Assembly (NCBI GenBank): GCA_950097015.1
Contig: CATNEN010000014.1
Span: 930,001-994,000, forward strand
Source: Macrostomum hystrix
Taxonomy: Eukaryota; Animalia; Platyhelminthes
Reading direction: 5' to 3'
Length of the DNA stretch: 64,000 nt
How positions within the stretch are numbered: the stretch's first letter is position 1; each line of letters begins with the position of its first letter. Under the pieces are notes generated by a model, which saw nothing but the letters and a program-made list of their open reading frames with translations, was not told the DNA's origin and did not search any database. A program made the position numbers and the translations under genes. Below, one piece after another: positions 1-12,700 of this stretch.

Positions 1-1003
1 GGCTGCACAAACAGGCTGCTGGTGATGGGCAAGCGGATGTAGTAGGGGTAGGACGCCTTGTCACTCAGCGCTGGAGACGTGTTGGACATGCCGATCTATC
101 AGGGTTTGTATTGGCGAATTGCGAACGTAAAGTAATATGCAACAGCACTAACTGACTTACGCTCCGTGTATACTCCTCACTTTTTGTCCTTCAATCCACA
201 GGGGCATGTCCTTCAATTGACGAAACTAAACCCTGCCATGGTCTATAAATAGAGAAGGAAAAATACATCTATGCTCCATCAATGAATAAAGGGAAATCCT
301 CCATGGTCCAGGGTAAACCCCTCCATGGTTCATCCATCGATAAGGTAAACCCTCTATGGTTCATCCATCAATAAGGTAAACCCTCCATGGTTCATCCATC
401 GATTGTGGAGAATCCCTCCCATGGTCTATCAAGCGATTGCCGAAAATCTCTCCCTCGGTCCATCAATCAATTGTGGAAAACCACTCTATTTTCAATCAAT
501 CGATAATGTAAAACAATATATTTCAGTCCCTCTTCAGGTCCCCCTCCTGAGCCGTCTCAGCTCACCTCGGGCAGGAAATAGTATTTTCCAATGTCCGCCA
601 CGATCTGTGACTGGTGCGAATAGGCCGCGCCCAGCACCAACGCCTTGTTGGGCGGCTGCAGGTAGCCGTCGATGAGCGCCTTGGCCGCGCTGAACATCCC
701 ATCCTGACAAGCGGAGGCCATTTTTTAAATCGCCTGTCACAAGGCACAGCAAGGAAGTCAGTGATTGGTGCGTTAGTGATAGATTCTCACCGCTTGTGCT
801 GTAAGCAGCGTGTACTTCATCTCGAATGCCGGGAACCGGTCGCTGATGTTATTTTTAATGTAGTTGAAGCTGAAATTCAACTAGTCTTCGTCCTTGACGA
901 AGGCGGGCGCGTTCGAGCTGATGCAGAGCACGTTGACCACCTGCCTGGCAGAGGCTGGGGCCGCGGCCAGCTGCAGGATCAGGCACAGGACGATCCAATG
1001 CAT
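1..1003 (-). CDS. Class C GPCR/ANF-receptor-type (GABA-B-like) periplasmic-binding-fold ligand-binding protein, 5' exons only; in-frame TAG in exon 1 (possible pseudogene allele)
   Basis: Manual splicing of exons 1003-791, 703-566 and 95-<1 (all GT-AG, phase 0) gives signal peptide MHWIVLCLILQLAAAPASA, then DGMFSAAKALIDGYLQPPNKALVLGAAYSHQSQIVADIGKYYFLPE|IGMSNTSPALSDKASYPYYIRLP. This resembles the [23 protein letters not shown] region of GABA-B receptors. TAG at 883-881. Confidence 0.7.
225..480. repeat. Degenerate 31-bp intronic minisatellite (TAAGGTAAACCCTCCATGGTTCATCCATCGA)
   Basis: Unit starts at 341 and 372; lies in intron 2 of the receptor gene. Confidence 0.75.
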
Positions 1004-1789
1004 TGTTACTACGAGTATAGTTACTATATATACCTTATACGAGTATAGTATAATTACTATAAGCCCTGTGAAAACACTGTCTGCGCTGTCCGAGCTCAAG
1101 GTCAAGCACTCGGCAGGGGAGGCCCCGCCGGTCGGTGAGTTGCACCCGCGCCTGCCGCTCTCCCTTGCACAGCTGCCAGACGCGGTGTCGCGCACCGTAA
1201 ATATTGCTGAACCATGTATTATGTACTATGAATAATGTAAATAACCATGCTGAACTGACAGCATCTCAGAGTGTTCGCCCACCTACGTGAGTCTGAGGCG
1301 GGAATGGGAGCACTCGGGTCTGGTCCGACTTGGGAACCAGCAGATCCGGTCCCGGCGAGCAGTTCCGTACGCTCATTTGCAGGGAAACCGGCGTGCCCAG
1401 GGATCCAGTGGAACTGGCACAGTGTTGCTCTGCGCAAGCCCATTGAGCTGGGCGTTGCAGTCCAGAACAGAAGTAGAGCATGTGGTGCTGTGGCAGAGTG
1501 CCTACAAGGCCGCTTGGCTGTCCGAGTGAAAAAGTATACTCCAGCCACCGAGCAGCCAGACCTGAAGCCTAATATGCAAACAGAACATGCACAAAGTGCT
1601 GAACGGAAGTAGAGAACGAAGCTCTTTTGAAATGTAATTCGACATCAACTCTCATACAGTCCAGTTTTAGATAAATGTATCAAGGAAATAATAAAAATGG
1701 TCACCTACATTTCAAACCTTACACCTGAGGACAAAGCTTAATGGAAAAGGCAATGAAGTGCTGTCATGTGCTGTTCAAACAGTTATTAA

Positions 1790-2390
1790 CAGTAGAACTA
1801 CCAAGGGGGGAATTCCCCCCTTGACAATGTTTTTTGCTGCACCCGAACAGAACAATGCAAGCACACGAAACTCAAGAACACGGGCCAACTTTTTGTTGCG
1901 CATCTTCTGAAACAAGAAACAAGTCACCAGCTCTTCAGACCGTCAAGATATTCAATGTTTCTGGCCGAAGGTCCGATTTTCCCATAAGAGCTAGTGTATT
2001 TCATACACCCCTATACACGAATTTGCACTGCGCCTCAGTGCGGCCTTTCCAGACCTTCAAACTTTATGAGCATGTCACCCGAATGTGCCTGCATCATCTC
2101 CGTCTTTGGTGGTCACCTACCTTTATCTAGACGGACTGCGGGACCTTCAAATTCAAAAAATGTGGAAATAGGCCACTCTGGGCACCCTGACGCGAATTTC
2201 TAAAATTTCACTGCTGAAGCCTAAAGCCTTCGTATTAGGCGCAGCTAAACTACAGTACACCATCGCCTAGTCTGTCAACCAATCAGTCACCACCCTACGC
2301 GGTTAGCTTTCAGGCGCTGCCAAAAAATGTTCTGCCTGCTAAGTGGGTCAGGCGCTGCCAAGGGGAGGGGAAATTTCCCTCCCCTTGTTA
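1790..2390 (+). mobile_element. Dispersed non-coding repeat, copy 1, bounded by G/C hairpins (probable non-autonomous element)
   Basis: 1790-2330 aligns in reverse orientation to 35535-34985; the track ORFs 1834..2130 and 35308..35493 both start MLHPN..QAHET.EHG..CCASSET. Palindromes at 1802-1823 and 2359-2387. Confidence 0.7.
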
Positions 2391-2559
2391 TAAAAACGGG
2401 CGGCAAAATGGCTTGGTAGTCCTACTGTTGAATTCATAAAAGTACTTTAGCGCATGCAGCTAAGTTCTTATTCTCCCCTATAAGTTTTACTTTTGAATTT
2501 CAGTTCGCATCTTTTTTCCTCGTTACCTTACTTTTCTTTCGAGTTTTCTTTAGGATGTA

Positions 2560-3263
2560 ATAGACTCTTCCGGTGCCACGCCGGAGCTTCCGCCACGGCG
2601 CTGTCCCTCTGCCTGCTCTCGCGTACGCCGACGACACCGCTCTGCTGTGCCGCAGTCCGGCTGCCGCCCAGAGAGCGCTCTCAAGACTGTGAGGAGAGCG
2701 CTCGAGTCGGACTGCAAATCAACGCGCGCAAGATGGAGGTCCTGCACGTCGGCACCGATACAGCACCAATCCTGACCCTGCCAGATGGGGAAGTCATCTC
2801 GGTCTGCCAAGACTTCTGGTACGTGGGCTCCCTCGTGCTGAGTCCTGACTCCATCATCGCTGACCGGAGGTCGCAGGCCTGGCGCGCGGGGCATCTCCTC
2901 AGGAAGGTTTTTAGCTCCGCTGCCAACGACAACCTGAAGATGCGCCTGTTTCGCGCTGCCGAAGAGCCAATTCTCCATTACGGACTGGAGGCAGTGCTGA
3001 TGACCGACTCGAGGTCTCGAGTGCTTGACGCTGCCTACCGATCGCTGCTGCGGCTCGCCCTCGGCATCCGCTACACAAAGCGGCTGCTGATGACGTTGAG
3101 ATGACGGACCTGCCTCTGCTCAACGTCGCCCTCCAGCGGCGCCGGCTGATGCTTGTCGGCCACTGCCTCCGCAGCTGCGGCAGAAGGGAGCAAAACCCGC
3201 TGGCGCTCACCCTACAGCTGACTGAGTGTCTCCGACGGGCCAAGGCCAGGCTTGACGCAGAAC
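2560..3263 (+). mobile_element. Non-LTR retrotransposon (RTE-like) reverse transcriptase fragment, frameshifted and truncated at both ends
   Basis: LPALAYADDTALL (YADD at 2624-2635), then after a frameshift ESARVGLQINARKMEV..DFWYVGS..LKMRLFRAAEEPILHYGLE..LQRRRLMLVGHCLR, matching RT palm/thumb motifs of RTE-clade LINEs. Confidence 0.85.
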
Positions 3264-3464
3264 CTGGGGAGTCGCCGAAGATGAAGACAAAGTCGGCGAC
3301 CCCAATCGGACACGGGAGTCCGCCATCCAGTGCGTCCACAGAGTCGTTGAGCAGACTGAGGTCAACTGCAACGAGGCGAGAAAAGCCGTCTTTGACAGAT
3401 TGTAAAAACAGTACGAAGATCGGGAAAAGAAAGTGCTCACTCATCTTGGAAATGTCAAGGACTT
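3264..3464 (+). pseudogene. About 200-bp degenerate fragment of the repeat module of the giant ORF
   Basis: TGGGGAGTCGCCGAAGA...GGAAATGTCAAGGACTT aligns with 11340-11540 at high identity; a CAA>TAA change puts a stop in the coding frame. Confidence 0.9.
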
Positions 3465-4307
3465 TCTCACAGGCAGTATTGATAAAATAAATTTTATGAA
3501 TCTCTTTTTTCAACAGAAAATGCTGATTTAGTTCCAGGAGTGATGAAGTATTTCAAAGTACTCGTAGTTTTCAGAGAAAAAATATAGACTGTTTATCGAG
3601 TGCATAGTAATTCATTAGTGAAGAATCAACCGTCTTTATTGTAAACGAGGCTTTCAACTATATCCAATTTTACCTATTGTGACGTTGTCACTTGTTGTAG
3701 GCGCCCCTGCGATATTACTCTGTGCGTTGATTTGCATGCTTAATTTACGAATTCCTAATTATGTACTAGCTTGGGCCGTTTTAACTCACCGTATAATGTC
3801 ATCCACTTCTGTTAATTCATATTATTAAGTCAAATGACTAGGGCACTACTGTTAGTAACCGTAAACGCATAACGCGCCATTCTAGCTATTTCCTACGCGT
3901 ATCTTAATGTATTTCCCCCCCGGCCAATGAGCGTGCGAGCTCTGTCTGCCTGGTTTACTTAAGCAAGGGCTTCAGGCCCGCTCGCGCCCCATTCTCTCCG
4001 CAGTCCTGTCCGCCAGTCTCTCCCCCCCGGTCATTGTCATTGTTCAGTCCGCCACACTCCACGCCTCGCTGTTCTGTTATTGTCAAACACTCACCATTAA
4101 CGAGCTCCTACGCCTTACATAACGCCCTGCTTGTCGACGTCCCAGTGCATCCAGAATAAAAGTGCTACCGCTACACCACAGACATTACTGACTCTAAGTT
4201 GCCATTAAATTACAATCGCCGCCGCTCTGACTTCGACTTCGTCTTCTTTTAAATCGTCACACTATGGTTAGCTTCTAAAAACGAGTGAAGGAGAAGTCAT
4301 ATCTACG

Positions 4308-4631
4308 ATGATGTATCCAATTGTTGCGTTGCATGAGGCAGATTTGAGAGAGCGAGATTATTTCAATCAGAGAAAGGGTGAAATAAAGGCAGCATTGAAT
4401 GTATTACCAAAGTTCAAGCGTCAGAGTAAAATTATAAATTGGTTTAACATTGTGACAGGAAGTGTAATTATTTTGACTGCTACAGGAATTGGCAGAGCAA
4501 CATCAATACTGACATTAAATCCACTAGTCATTGGAATTGTCGTTGGAGCTATGAGTGGGTTCGAAGCGATAAAATCAATGTCATTGTTTGCTACTGTAAA
4601 AATGCATTGTCAAAAGCAGAGAGCAAAGTAG
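4308..4631 (+). CDS. Small intronless ORF (107 aa) with two predicted hydrophobic helices, unknown function
   Basis: ATG-to-stop ORF with a charged helical N-terminus, hydrophobic stretches IINWFNIVTGSVIILTATGIG and LNPLVIGIVVGAMSGF, and a basic C-terminus. No recognised family. Confidence 0.35.
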   Translation: MMYPIVALHEADLRERDYFNQRKGEIKAALNVLPKFKRQSKIINWFNIVTGSVIILTATGIGRATSILTLNPLVIGIVVGAMSGFEAIKSMSLFATVKMHCQKQRAK

Positions 4632-4908
4632 GAAAAGAGATGAACTTTCTCCGTCAAACTTGAATGGGTTTGTTTCTTCGAGTTATATCGTGCAATGGGA
4701 GGAGTTTATTTATCCATGGAGTTCACTCATTAATGTACGCTCCGAAGCAAAGTGTCGAATGATACGGACGTTAAAATGTGTAAAGAGCTGTACAGTTGCT
4801 TGCCTCATTGTGAGGGTTTTTATACACCGGCAGGGATCATTGGACGGCTCTAGTTTCAATCTTTTTTTCTTTATTTTAATATCCACACAGCGTTATTGCA
4901 TAGTAAAA

Positions 4909-7796
4909 ATGCCAGACAAATGCTTGGTTTTCGGGTGCAAATCTGGCTTCGACTCAACACGACTCGTCCCAACGAATGGAATTTCCTTCCACCGATATCC
5001 AACTGAAGCCGATCCAGGGACTACTATATACTTAGTCACAGTATTTAGTAATCATCTGGCAAAGTGGCTGCGAAATCTGTTCAGAGAGTCAACATTTCAA
5101 CCCACCAAGCATTCCCGAGTCTGCTCTCTGCACTTCCTAGCCTCCGACTTTGTCACCGAATACAAGGGCAAAAGACCCAGGCCAGCGCTGCTCCTGCAAA
5201 GAAGCGACTTAAGGAAGATGCTGTTCCGACGCAATTCAGCACTACTATAATGCCAAGCTATTTCACCAAAGCGCAACCGGCTGTCCGATCTGACAAAGCT
5301 AGTTCAGTACGACGTCATGAAGCGAGTTTGGCGCAGCAGGAGCAACGGAGGCAAGATTTCTTTGCGAGTGAGGCCCTAATTTCGTGCATTCAACAAATAT
5401 GACTCAGTTTCGTTAAATAATCTAGTAGCCGGACTTGCCGCTGAGAATATGCCATTGGGATTTGCTATTTTCAAATCGGCGGGCTCCTTTAGCCTCATGT
5501 TGATGCTCCTGGTCCTCCTCCATCCGTTAAAAGCAGCATTGTGGTGAATGAAACACTGAACGTTGCCGTTTATCATGGCAATCGAATTGTGCCTCCAAAA
5601 AAGTACTGTCACATAATTCCAACCGAGACTTCAGCGCTCAGTTCGTCTTCGCAGCTGGCAAATTTGATCGCGTTTGTAAAGCACGCAGCCGAATCGGACA
5701 TTCCTGTGCTTAATCACCAGCAAGACGCACTCGGTAGTCTTAATTTACTTCAACAAGAAGACCACTTGACTGACCACTTGTCGTCAACCTGTCTCTCGTT
5801 CCTGATAGAGCAGCTGAAGTTGTTAAATGTGGAGAAACATGCACGAAGGTATTCACCTGAGCTGCTGGTTTTTCCTACATTTTGTTTGCAGCTAGTCCTG
5901 CTGCTTATGAACGGCTACTCGAGACGAATTCGTTGATTTTGCCGTCAGTCAAGACCTTGAGAAACGTTACAAAGAAGATTGGCTCTAGTGCAGGTCTCAG
6001 CAATTTCGAGTATCTAAAATTGCGCTACGATTCTATCCAAGCCTATGAGGCAACCGTCATTCTGCTGATCGATGAGATATATGTCAGCAAGCGGGTCGAG
6101 ATGAGCGGAGGAGAACTACATGGTTTAACGCAAACAGGAAACCTTGCACAGACCGCCCTCTGCTTTATGATAAAATCCGCAATGACCAAGTACCGTGACT
6201 TGGTCGGAATATTTCCAATGAACAATCTGAAGGCTTGCATGAGTGCTATTTGAGTATCATGCCTATGCTCCACAAGATTGGATTCAGTGTGGTTGCCATC
6301 AGCGTTGACAATGCGGCTGCGAACAGGCGCTTCTACACCCACTTTTTGTGCTCTGGCCGCCTCGATATCAGCGTGACGAATCCGTACAACGGACAAAGAC
6401 TGTTCCTCATATTCGACCCAACTCACAACATGAAGAACTAGTATAACAACTTCTTGACGCGAGGTGAGTTTGTGTGCCCGGGATTTCCTTCTATACTAGA
6501 CAAGCCAACCCGTGCTGCTTTCGCCGACGTCGAGAGAGTATATCGCTTGGAAGCCGACAAGCCGGTAAAATTGGCGCACAAGCTTATCAACGTCGTTCTA
6601 CATCCGTCAACCATCGAGAAGGTCAACGTTCAGCTGGCTCTCGCTCTCTTTCACGAATCCATCATCAATGCATTGCAACACTGTGGGTTTCGACAGACAG
6701 CCTCTGTTCTGACAGTATTTCTCAAGCTCTGGAATGTCGTAAATGTGCGCACGAACAATCGGAAAGCACAAAAGAGACAAAACGCGCGACACCGTCCGGT
6801 CTTCCTTGGACTGGAAGCTAGCATACCTGACGAACTTTGCGGACTTCCTGGAGATGTGGGATGGCCAAATGCAGACACCTTATCAAGTGGAAAGGCTCAC
6901 ACTTACCTTGCTGTGCGCCAGACCCGCCGAGCCATGGCCGAACTGGTTCAATACCTGCTAGACTGTTGTGAATTCTCCTTTGTTCTGATGGGAAAGATCA
7001 GAAATGCTGTCACCTCTGTCACCCTCTGACAGCATTGAGGCTCGATTTGGTTGGATTCGTCAGCTGAGTGGTGGCAATTATTACATCTCGATGCGCCAGC
7101 TGACAGAAAGAGACCGAAAAATCAAGGCCATCTGTTTGCTTAAGTACTTCGGACTTACAGTGAACGATATTGACAACGCACTGCAGCAGATGAGGCCCAG
7201 ACCCGGCTTACGTGAAGCTGGCGGAGGAGATTCACAGCGAGCTCCTTTTCAACATTGTTCCTGATAAAAACGATTTTGTTATCGTTTATTTCGTGTGCGG
7301 TTTCTGCGCCCGCTCTGTGATTGGGACGAAAAGGTGCGAATCATGCAGGGAGACCCTCGTCTGCGATGCTCCATCAGCAGAATTTTACTTTAAAGAGGAC
7401 GGAGCTCAGAACATCAAGGATGCTTCGGACTTTCTCGCTGAAGTCAATCGAGGAGATCTTCTCTGGCCACAGGAGCACTTGTTCCAGATTGGCATACTAT
7501 GCTGGCGTGCCTTCGTCGAGATTAAGAGCACACCAAGATTGAAGGACAGGTTTCTGTCAGCCTCGAACCAGAGAGCCGTGTTTCATCAAGTCATGGATTT
7601 TGTGCTCGCGGACAACCCGACGTTCCTGTTCGGCCGGACGCAATGCACGGATGGCCACGACTTGGTGCCGGAGATTACTAAGAGGTTTTTCAATTGTATG
7701 GCCAAAAACGTGGCTCGGCAGATTAACCAAGCTGATGCCACTGCAGTACTGCAAAGGAGGCTCCAGAAGCCGACCGGTTCCAGTAGCAGAATTTAA
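4909..7796 (+). mobile_element. Decayed P-element (THAP9-like) DNA transposase
   Basis: THAP C2CH finger (MPDKCLVFGC..FHRYP..KWLRNL..RVCSLHF..RLKEDAVPTQF), LPSVKTLR, catalytic LLIDEI and VDNAAAN, DPTHNMKN, GTP-binding insertion KLAHKL..HPSTIEKVNVQLA, and DSIEARFGWIRQLSGGN. Broken over at least 7 ORFs by stops and frameshifts. TIRs not found. Confidence 0.9.
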
Positions 7797-9702
7797 ATGG
7801 ACTTACTACTTAACTAAGGATACTATAGTTACTGTTTTACTGTTAGACTATTAATTCCTTTCACTTTCAGTGAAAGTAGTGAGTACTAGTTTTGATCATG
7901 ATTGCTCGTTCTTATAGGAATTTTAATGTTTTTGTGTTTGCTACGAAATTTATATTTTCTTTTGCTATTGCTATATTGCTATTTGTATTTGCTATTCAGC
8001 AATTGTTTCGAAAGCAATGTGTATGGATCATAATATTAATTTTCTATTTTCTCTTCAGTTTACTGTACCAGCATAGTTAATACTATATTTGATTCTACTT
8101 AGTGCACTTGCAAAATAAACTCTAGTTACAAGTACATTTGTATATTTCCATATTGTATATTTGTATACTTGTGTAGTACCTGTGGTAGCGTGGCACACAC
8201 AATTGGTAAAATGACCAAGACAGGACACTGGATTCCGAGAGGATTTTACCGGCCTCACACTCTGATGCTTCGTTGCAGTGGATGCAACCTGGTATTCAGG
8301 CTTAGATTGTACAAGCTTTCTCGTATCCCACAGTGTTAGCCTATAGTTAGCTAGTTTCTGTGACTCTGTCCTGAAACCGACGGTATACTAAGCTTCTAAA
8401 TGCAGTATACGGTCTGGTCTCTCAATATGTTGCAGAAGTCTCGTGAGATGAATAAGTTCTCAAAGGCTCGAACGATGCAAAACGCATGAAGACTGGAGAC
8501 AAGAAAGTGCCATCAATATAAAGAAATAGTGCTACCATGACACTAACACCATCTCAAGGATTCGTCGGACTGTGCTCTACTTATAGTAGGAGCATTTGAG
8601 CGTTGTTCTGCCAGTCTTCTTCCGAACTTAAGCGATTGCACCATGGTGTGCAATGTGACTCAGTGCGCAGACAGAGCTGGAAAGAGAGAGAGAGAGCGGA
8701 GGGGGTGGCGAGCGGAGGTGACAGTGCACGGGAAACACTAACTACCAACCCTAGCCCTCCCACAGACCTAGAACAGCCTGACTCACAGATTGCCTGGAGG
8801 CTGCTCAGCAGTCTACAGCACATCACTTGTATATTTCCATTTCGCAGTGGCTAGAAAAAGCCAGCCGTGTTGGGTATGGCAGTCAATGGAAGTTTCCATT
8901 CCAGATACTGTACTCAGAGTTCCTTGCTCAAACCCTGCGGGCTGCGGGCTCTGGAACTTCACATAGATAAGAGATCTGGAAGGCGGAGTGGGAGAAAGAA
9001 GCAGTGAAGGAAAAACTATTGTTTGAGGGAAAAGCGCTTCAGTTTGGCCAGCCGTGCATGCTATGAATTCCTGCCTATCCGAAGTGAGTTTCCATTCCAG
9101 ATAGTGTATACAGCTCCTTGGACAAGGCATTCAAGGCAAGGCGAGGCGACCGACAGGGTCCACTGTTTAAGAGCCGTCACTTTTTCACGGGCTTCCTTTA
9201 TGGAGACTAATATTTGCACCCAAAGCCCCTTCTTCCTTACTACTCAACCAGCATGCTGTGCCCGCTTGCAGGGGGTTGATGCTGATCTCAACTCAACCGT
9301 TATTAGGAACTCGTGAGCAGACTTACGGCTCCAAGACTTGAGCATTGTAGAAACGAAAAGCTTCATACTGGAGGTAAAATTTCTCTGTCCAGAAATCAAT
9401 AAACCCCCTCCCCACAATAGCCAGCTCATTCGCTGGCTCAGCGCAGCTCAGCCTTACACAGCTTGAATCACTTCACCCGCCCCACCGCCCCTCCCAAAGC
9501 CGCGCATTATAAAACCCAGACATCAAACATCAAAGCCACCTTACTGACTGACAGCGGTATGGAGAACATGAAGCTGTCGATTTTAAGAGCTTGCCAGGCC
9601 TGACGCAAAGTCCCAAGTGAATAGAATCGAGCTCGAGTCCACTTCTCGAGCTCTTTGTTCTCTTCGCCGGTCCGCCGCTCTCCGCTGGCGCAGACGAGCG
9701 CG

Positions 9703-12700
9703 ATGAGTCTCGAGCAAGCAGCGGGTGGCCAACAGATGGAGCTGCGACTCCACTTTCGCATTCAGGGATTGCAACATGACGAAGATGTCGGAAATGTAAT
9801 CGTCTCGTTGGCAGGTAAAAATTACCAGCTGCATGAGAGATTTATTCGCCAGAAAGCAGGATCGGGTAGATCGAGTAGATCGGGTAGATTACCCTATAAA
9901 GTTTTTGCCACTGGCAAATTTGAAGTCAATGATTTCGCTACTGACCTTGAATTGGTGGAGGATGCCAAGTCTGAAAAGTCAGAAACACTTGAAAAGCTGA
10001 AAACTATCTCTGAGGCCAGAGTGTCCAAAGAGGCACAGCTAGAGGATGAGTCCGACTTTCCCTGCATACAAGCAGAACTGACATCGGGTGGAGAGTTTCA
10101 GCTTCTTCCTGATAAGCAGCCACTGGAGTTCAGTCTGACCTTACGCGACGCCCACCTGCACTTCTCAAAGGAGTTTGTGGCAGAACTGCTCAAAATGAAG
10201 CACATTGTGGACAACATTGTCGAGTATCTTGTGTTGCTGCGCGTGGGAGAGACGGAAGTGTTCGTGTCAGCGCATCCAGTAACGCCTGTGAAGCTGGAGT
10301 TCCGAGCTGTCGCTCCCTCCGGAGTTGCGGCAAACGTGCTCGGAAACTGCGAGGAGCTGCGGGAGCGGACAGAGGAGAACAGAATGGTTGGTGACAGCGG
10401 CAGCGGTGCGCAGCTGAAAGCGGGGATCTACTTAAGGCTCGCACATCTGTTTGTATCGATCAGCTCGTCCAAAGGTGACCCTAAAGTAGATCCTAAAGGT
10501 GAACATGCGAGAATGTCAGGAAAATTTCGCACGCCCGATGGAGACCTCCTTAAAGTCCAGTTGAAGGTAAGAGACGCGGTAAACGAGCTCTGCTTTGACA
10601 GGCCGATTCAAACAGTACCACTTTCCTGCGAATCTCTTGAGCTGCAGATGCAGGAGATTGACGGATTCATAGTGGACTTCGAATATATAGGAACCAATGT
10701 GCGTGAAATCCTGAACTGGAAAGTTAAGTTCTTTGTAGACGACCTTGATGGCATATGTGCCGACATAACTGAAATCAGGCTGGAGGGTCTACCTGGAAGC
10801 AAATTTCTGCATAGTTGGAAAATATCTGATTCGGGATGGCAAACTGACGGAGAAATTGTGCTGTCTGCCAGTGCTGAGTACTGTGGCGACGAATGGCTGC
10901 TCAGGACCCTGGATGGTGAGGACTTTGATTTTGATTTGATTTTGAAGATGAAAGGGCAAGAGAGCAAGCTAAACGTACGTCTGTATCCTCGAATGAGCGC
11001 AGTCTGGCTGGACACTGCCTTCGAGGCTCGAGTGACTCTTTGGAAGAGCAGAGCTCGAGAATCTAAGTCATCTCTGCCGTCGGTGCCAGAAATCTGTTTC
11101 AGTTGTGACCTGCGTCGTCAGTGCGACTGTCCCTTCCTAACTCATCGGCGTGACTCGGTGCTGAGGCAGTTGGAAGAAGGTGTTATTAAAAAAAAACTGC
11201 AGGTGAATGGAAAGCCAATTGAGTTTCAAGCCGTCAAGGACACGTACGCCCAGCTGCTTGTGCCGCTCATCACAAAGGACGGCAGGTACGACGGCAGAAC
11301 AAAGGAGACCTCAGGAAATCCTTCAAAGTGGCACGACATCTGGGGAGTCGCCGAAGAAGAAGACAAAGTCGGCGACCCCAATCGGACCGGAGAGTCCGCC
11401 ATCGAGTGCATGCACAGAGTCGTTGAGCAGACTGAGCTCAACTGCAACGAGGCGAGGAAAGCCGTCTTTGACAGGTTGCAAAAACAGTACGAAGATCGGG
11501 AAAAGAAAGTCCGCACTCATCTTGGAAATGTCAAGGACTTGGAGTCGGTGACAGACGAGCAGCTACCGTCAGCAGAGCAGGATCTGAAGTTGCTCCTGCA
11601 GCACTCGGCTGCAATCGTTCGCGGTCGAATGGAGGCAGCTCTGGTGCTGGCTGAAGGAAGTGCAGAAAGTCACATGCAGGACTCCACTGCCAGGTTTGTG
11701 TTCCTCATGCGAGTGTGGTGCAGATTCAGGGAGCAGCATCGTGCTGGAGATGTGAAGAAAGTGTTCCGTGAGTCAATCTCAGAACCACAGCCGACATCGA
11801 GCTCTGCTCCAGATTCTTCTATTGACGTCTCCACTGACTTTTTATTCGCATCAGGCGTCTCGCATCGAGACGATATTTTCAGTCGCTTCAGCAGTGCTCT
11901 TAGCAGATTCGGACTTTGTAGGGCTAGCAGACCTGTCGGCTTCGTCGATGTCAAGGACACGTACGCTCAGCTGCTTGTGCCGCTCATCACAAAGTACGGC
12001 AGGTACCATGGCAGAACAAAGGAGACCTCAGGAAATCCTTCAAAGTGGCACGATATCTGGGGAGTCGCTGAAGAAGGAGACAAAGTCGGCGACCCCAATC
12101 GGACCGGAGAGTCCGCGATCCAGTGCGCGCTCAGGCTCAGCAAGCAGATGAACTGGAAGAATGCTCGAAAGGCAGTCTTCGACAGACTGATGAGGAAATA
12201 CGAGGCCCGAGAGGATGCTGTGCTGAAAGATCTCGGCTTCAACGGTAGCGAAATCAAGAACCTCCAAGTGGCAGCATATTGCCAGTTCCTGGAGTCGCTG
12301 GCAGATAGGGCAATGTCAAGTGAAGCAGAACTGCAGCTGCTGCGGCAGGCGGCCGCAATCGTTCGCGGTCGAATGGAGGCAGCTCTGGTGCTGCCTAAAA
12401 GAAGAGCAGAAAGCCACATGCAGGCCGCAACAGCTTGGTTTGTGCTCCTCATGCGAGTGTGGTGCAGATTTAGGGAGCGGTTTAAAGCTGGAGATGAAAA
12501 GTTTCAACTTAAGGAATCGATTAGAGAGGATTCAACATCACTGCAAGCTGCAGCTGATGTGAAAGTCCAAGGCTCCACCCAACTGCTGTCTCACTTTGAT
12601 TCCCCGTTTGTTGTTTCACGAAGAGACTCGGTGCTGAGGCAGTTCGAAGAAGGTGTTATTAAAAAAAAACTGCAGGTGAATGGAAAGCCAATTGAGTTTC

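Noticed and set aside
3850-4180. Possible solo LTR (TGTTAGTA...AATAAA...CA)
   Set aside because: No matching TSD, no second copy and no PBS/PPT found. The shared CTACTGTTAGTA at 19802 does not extend.
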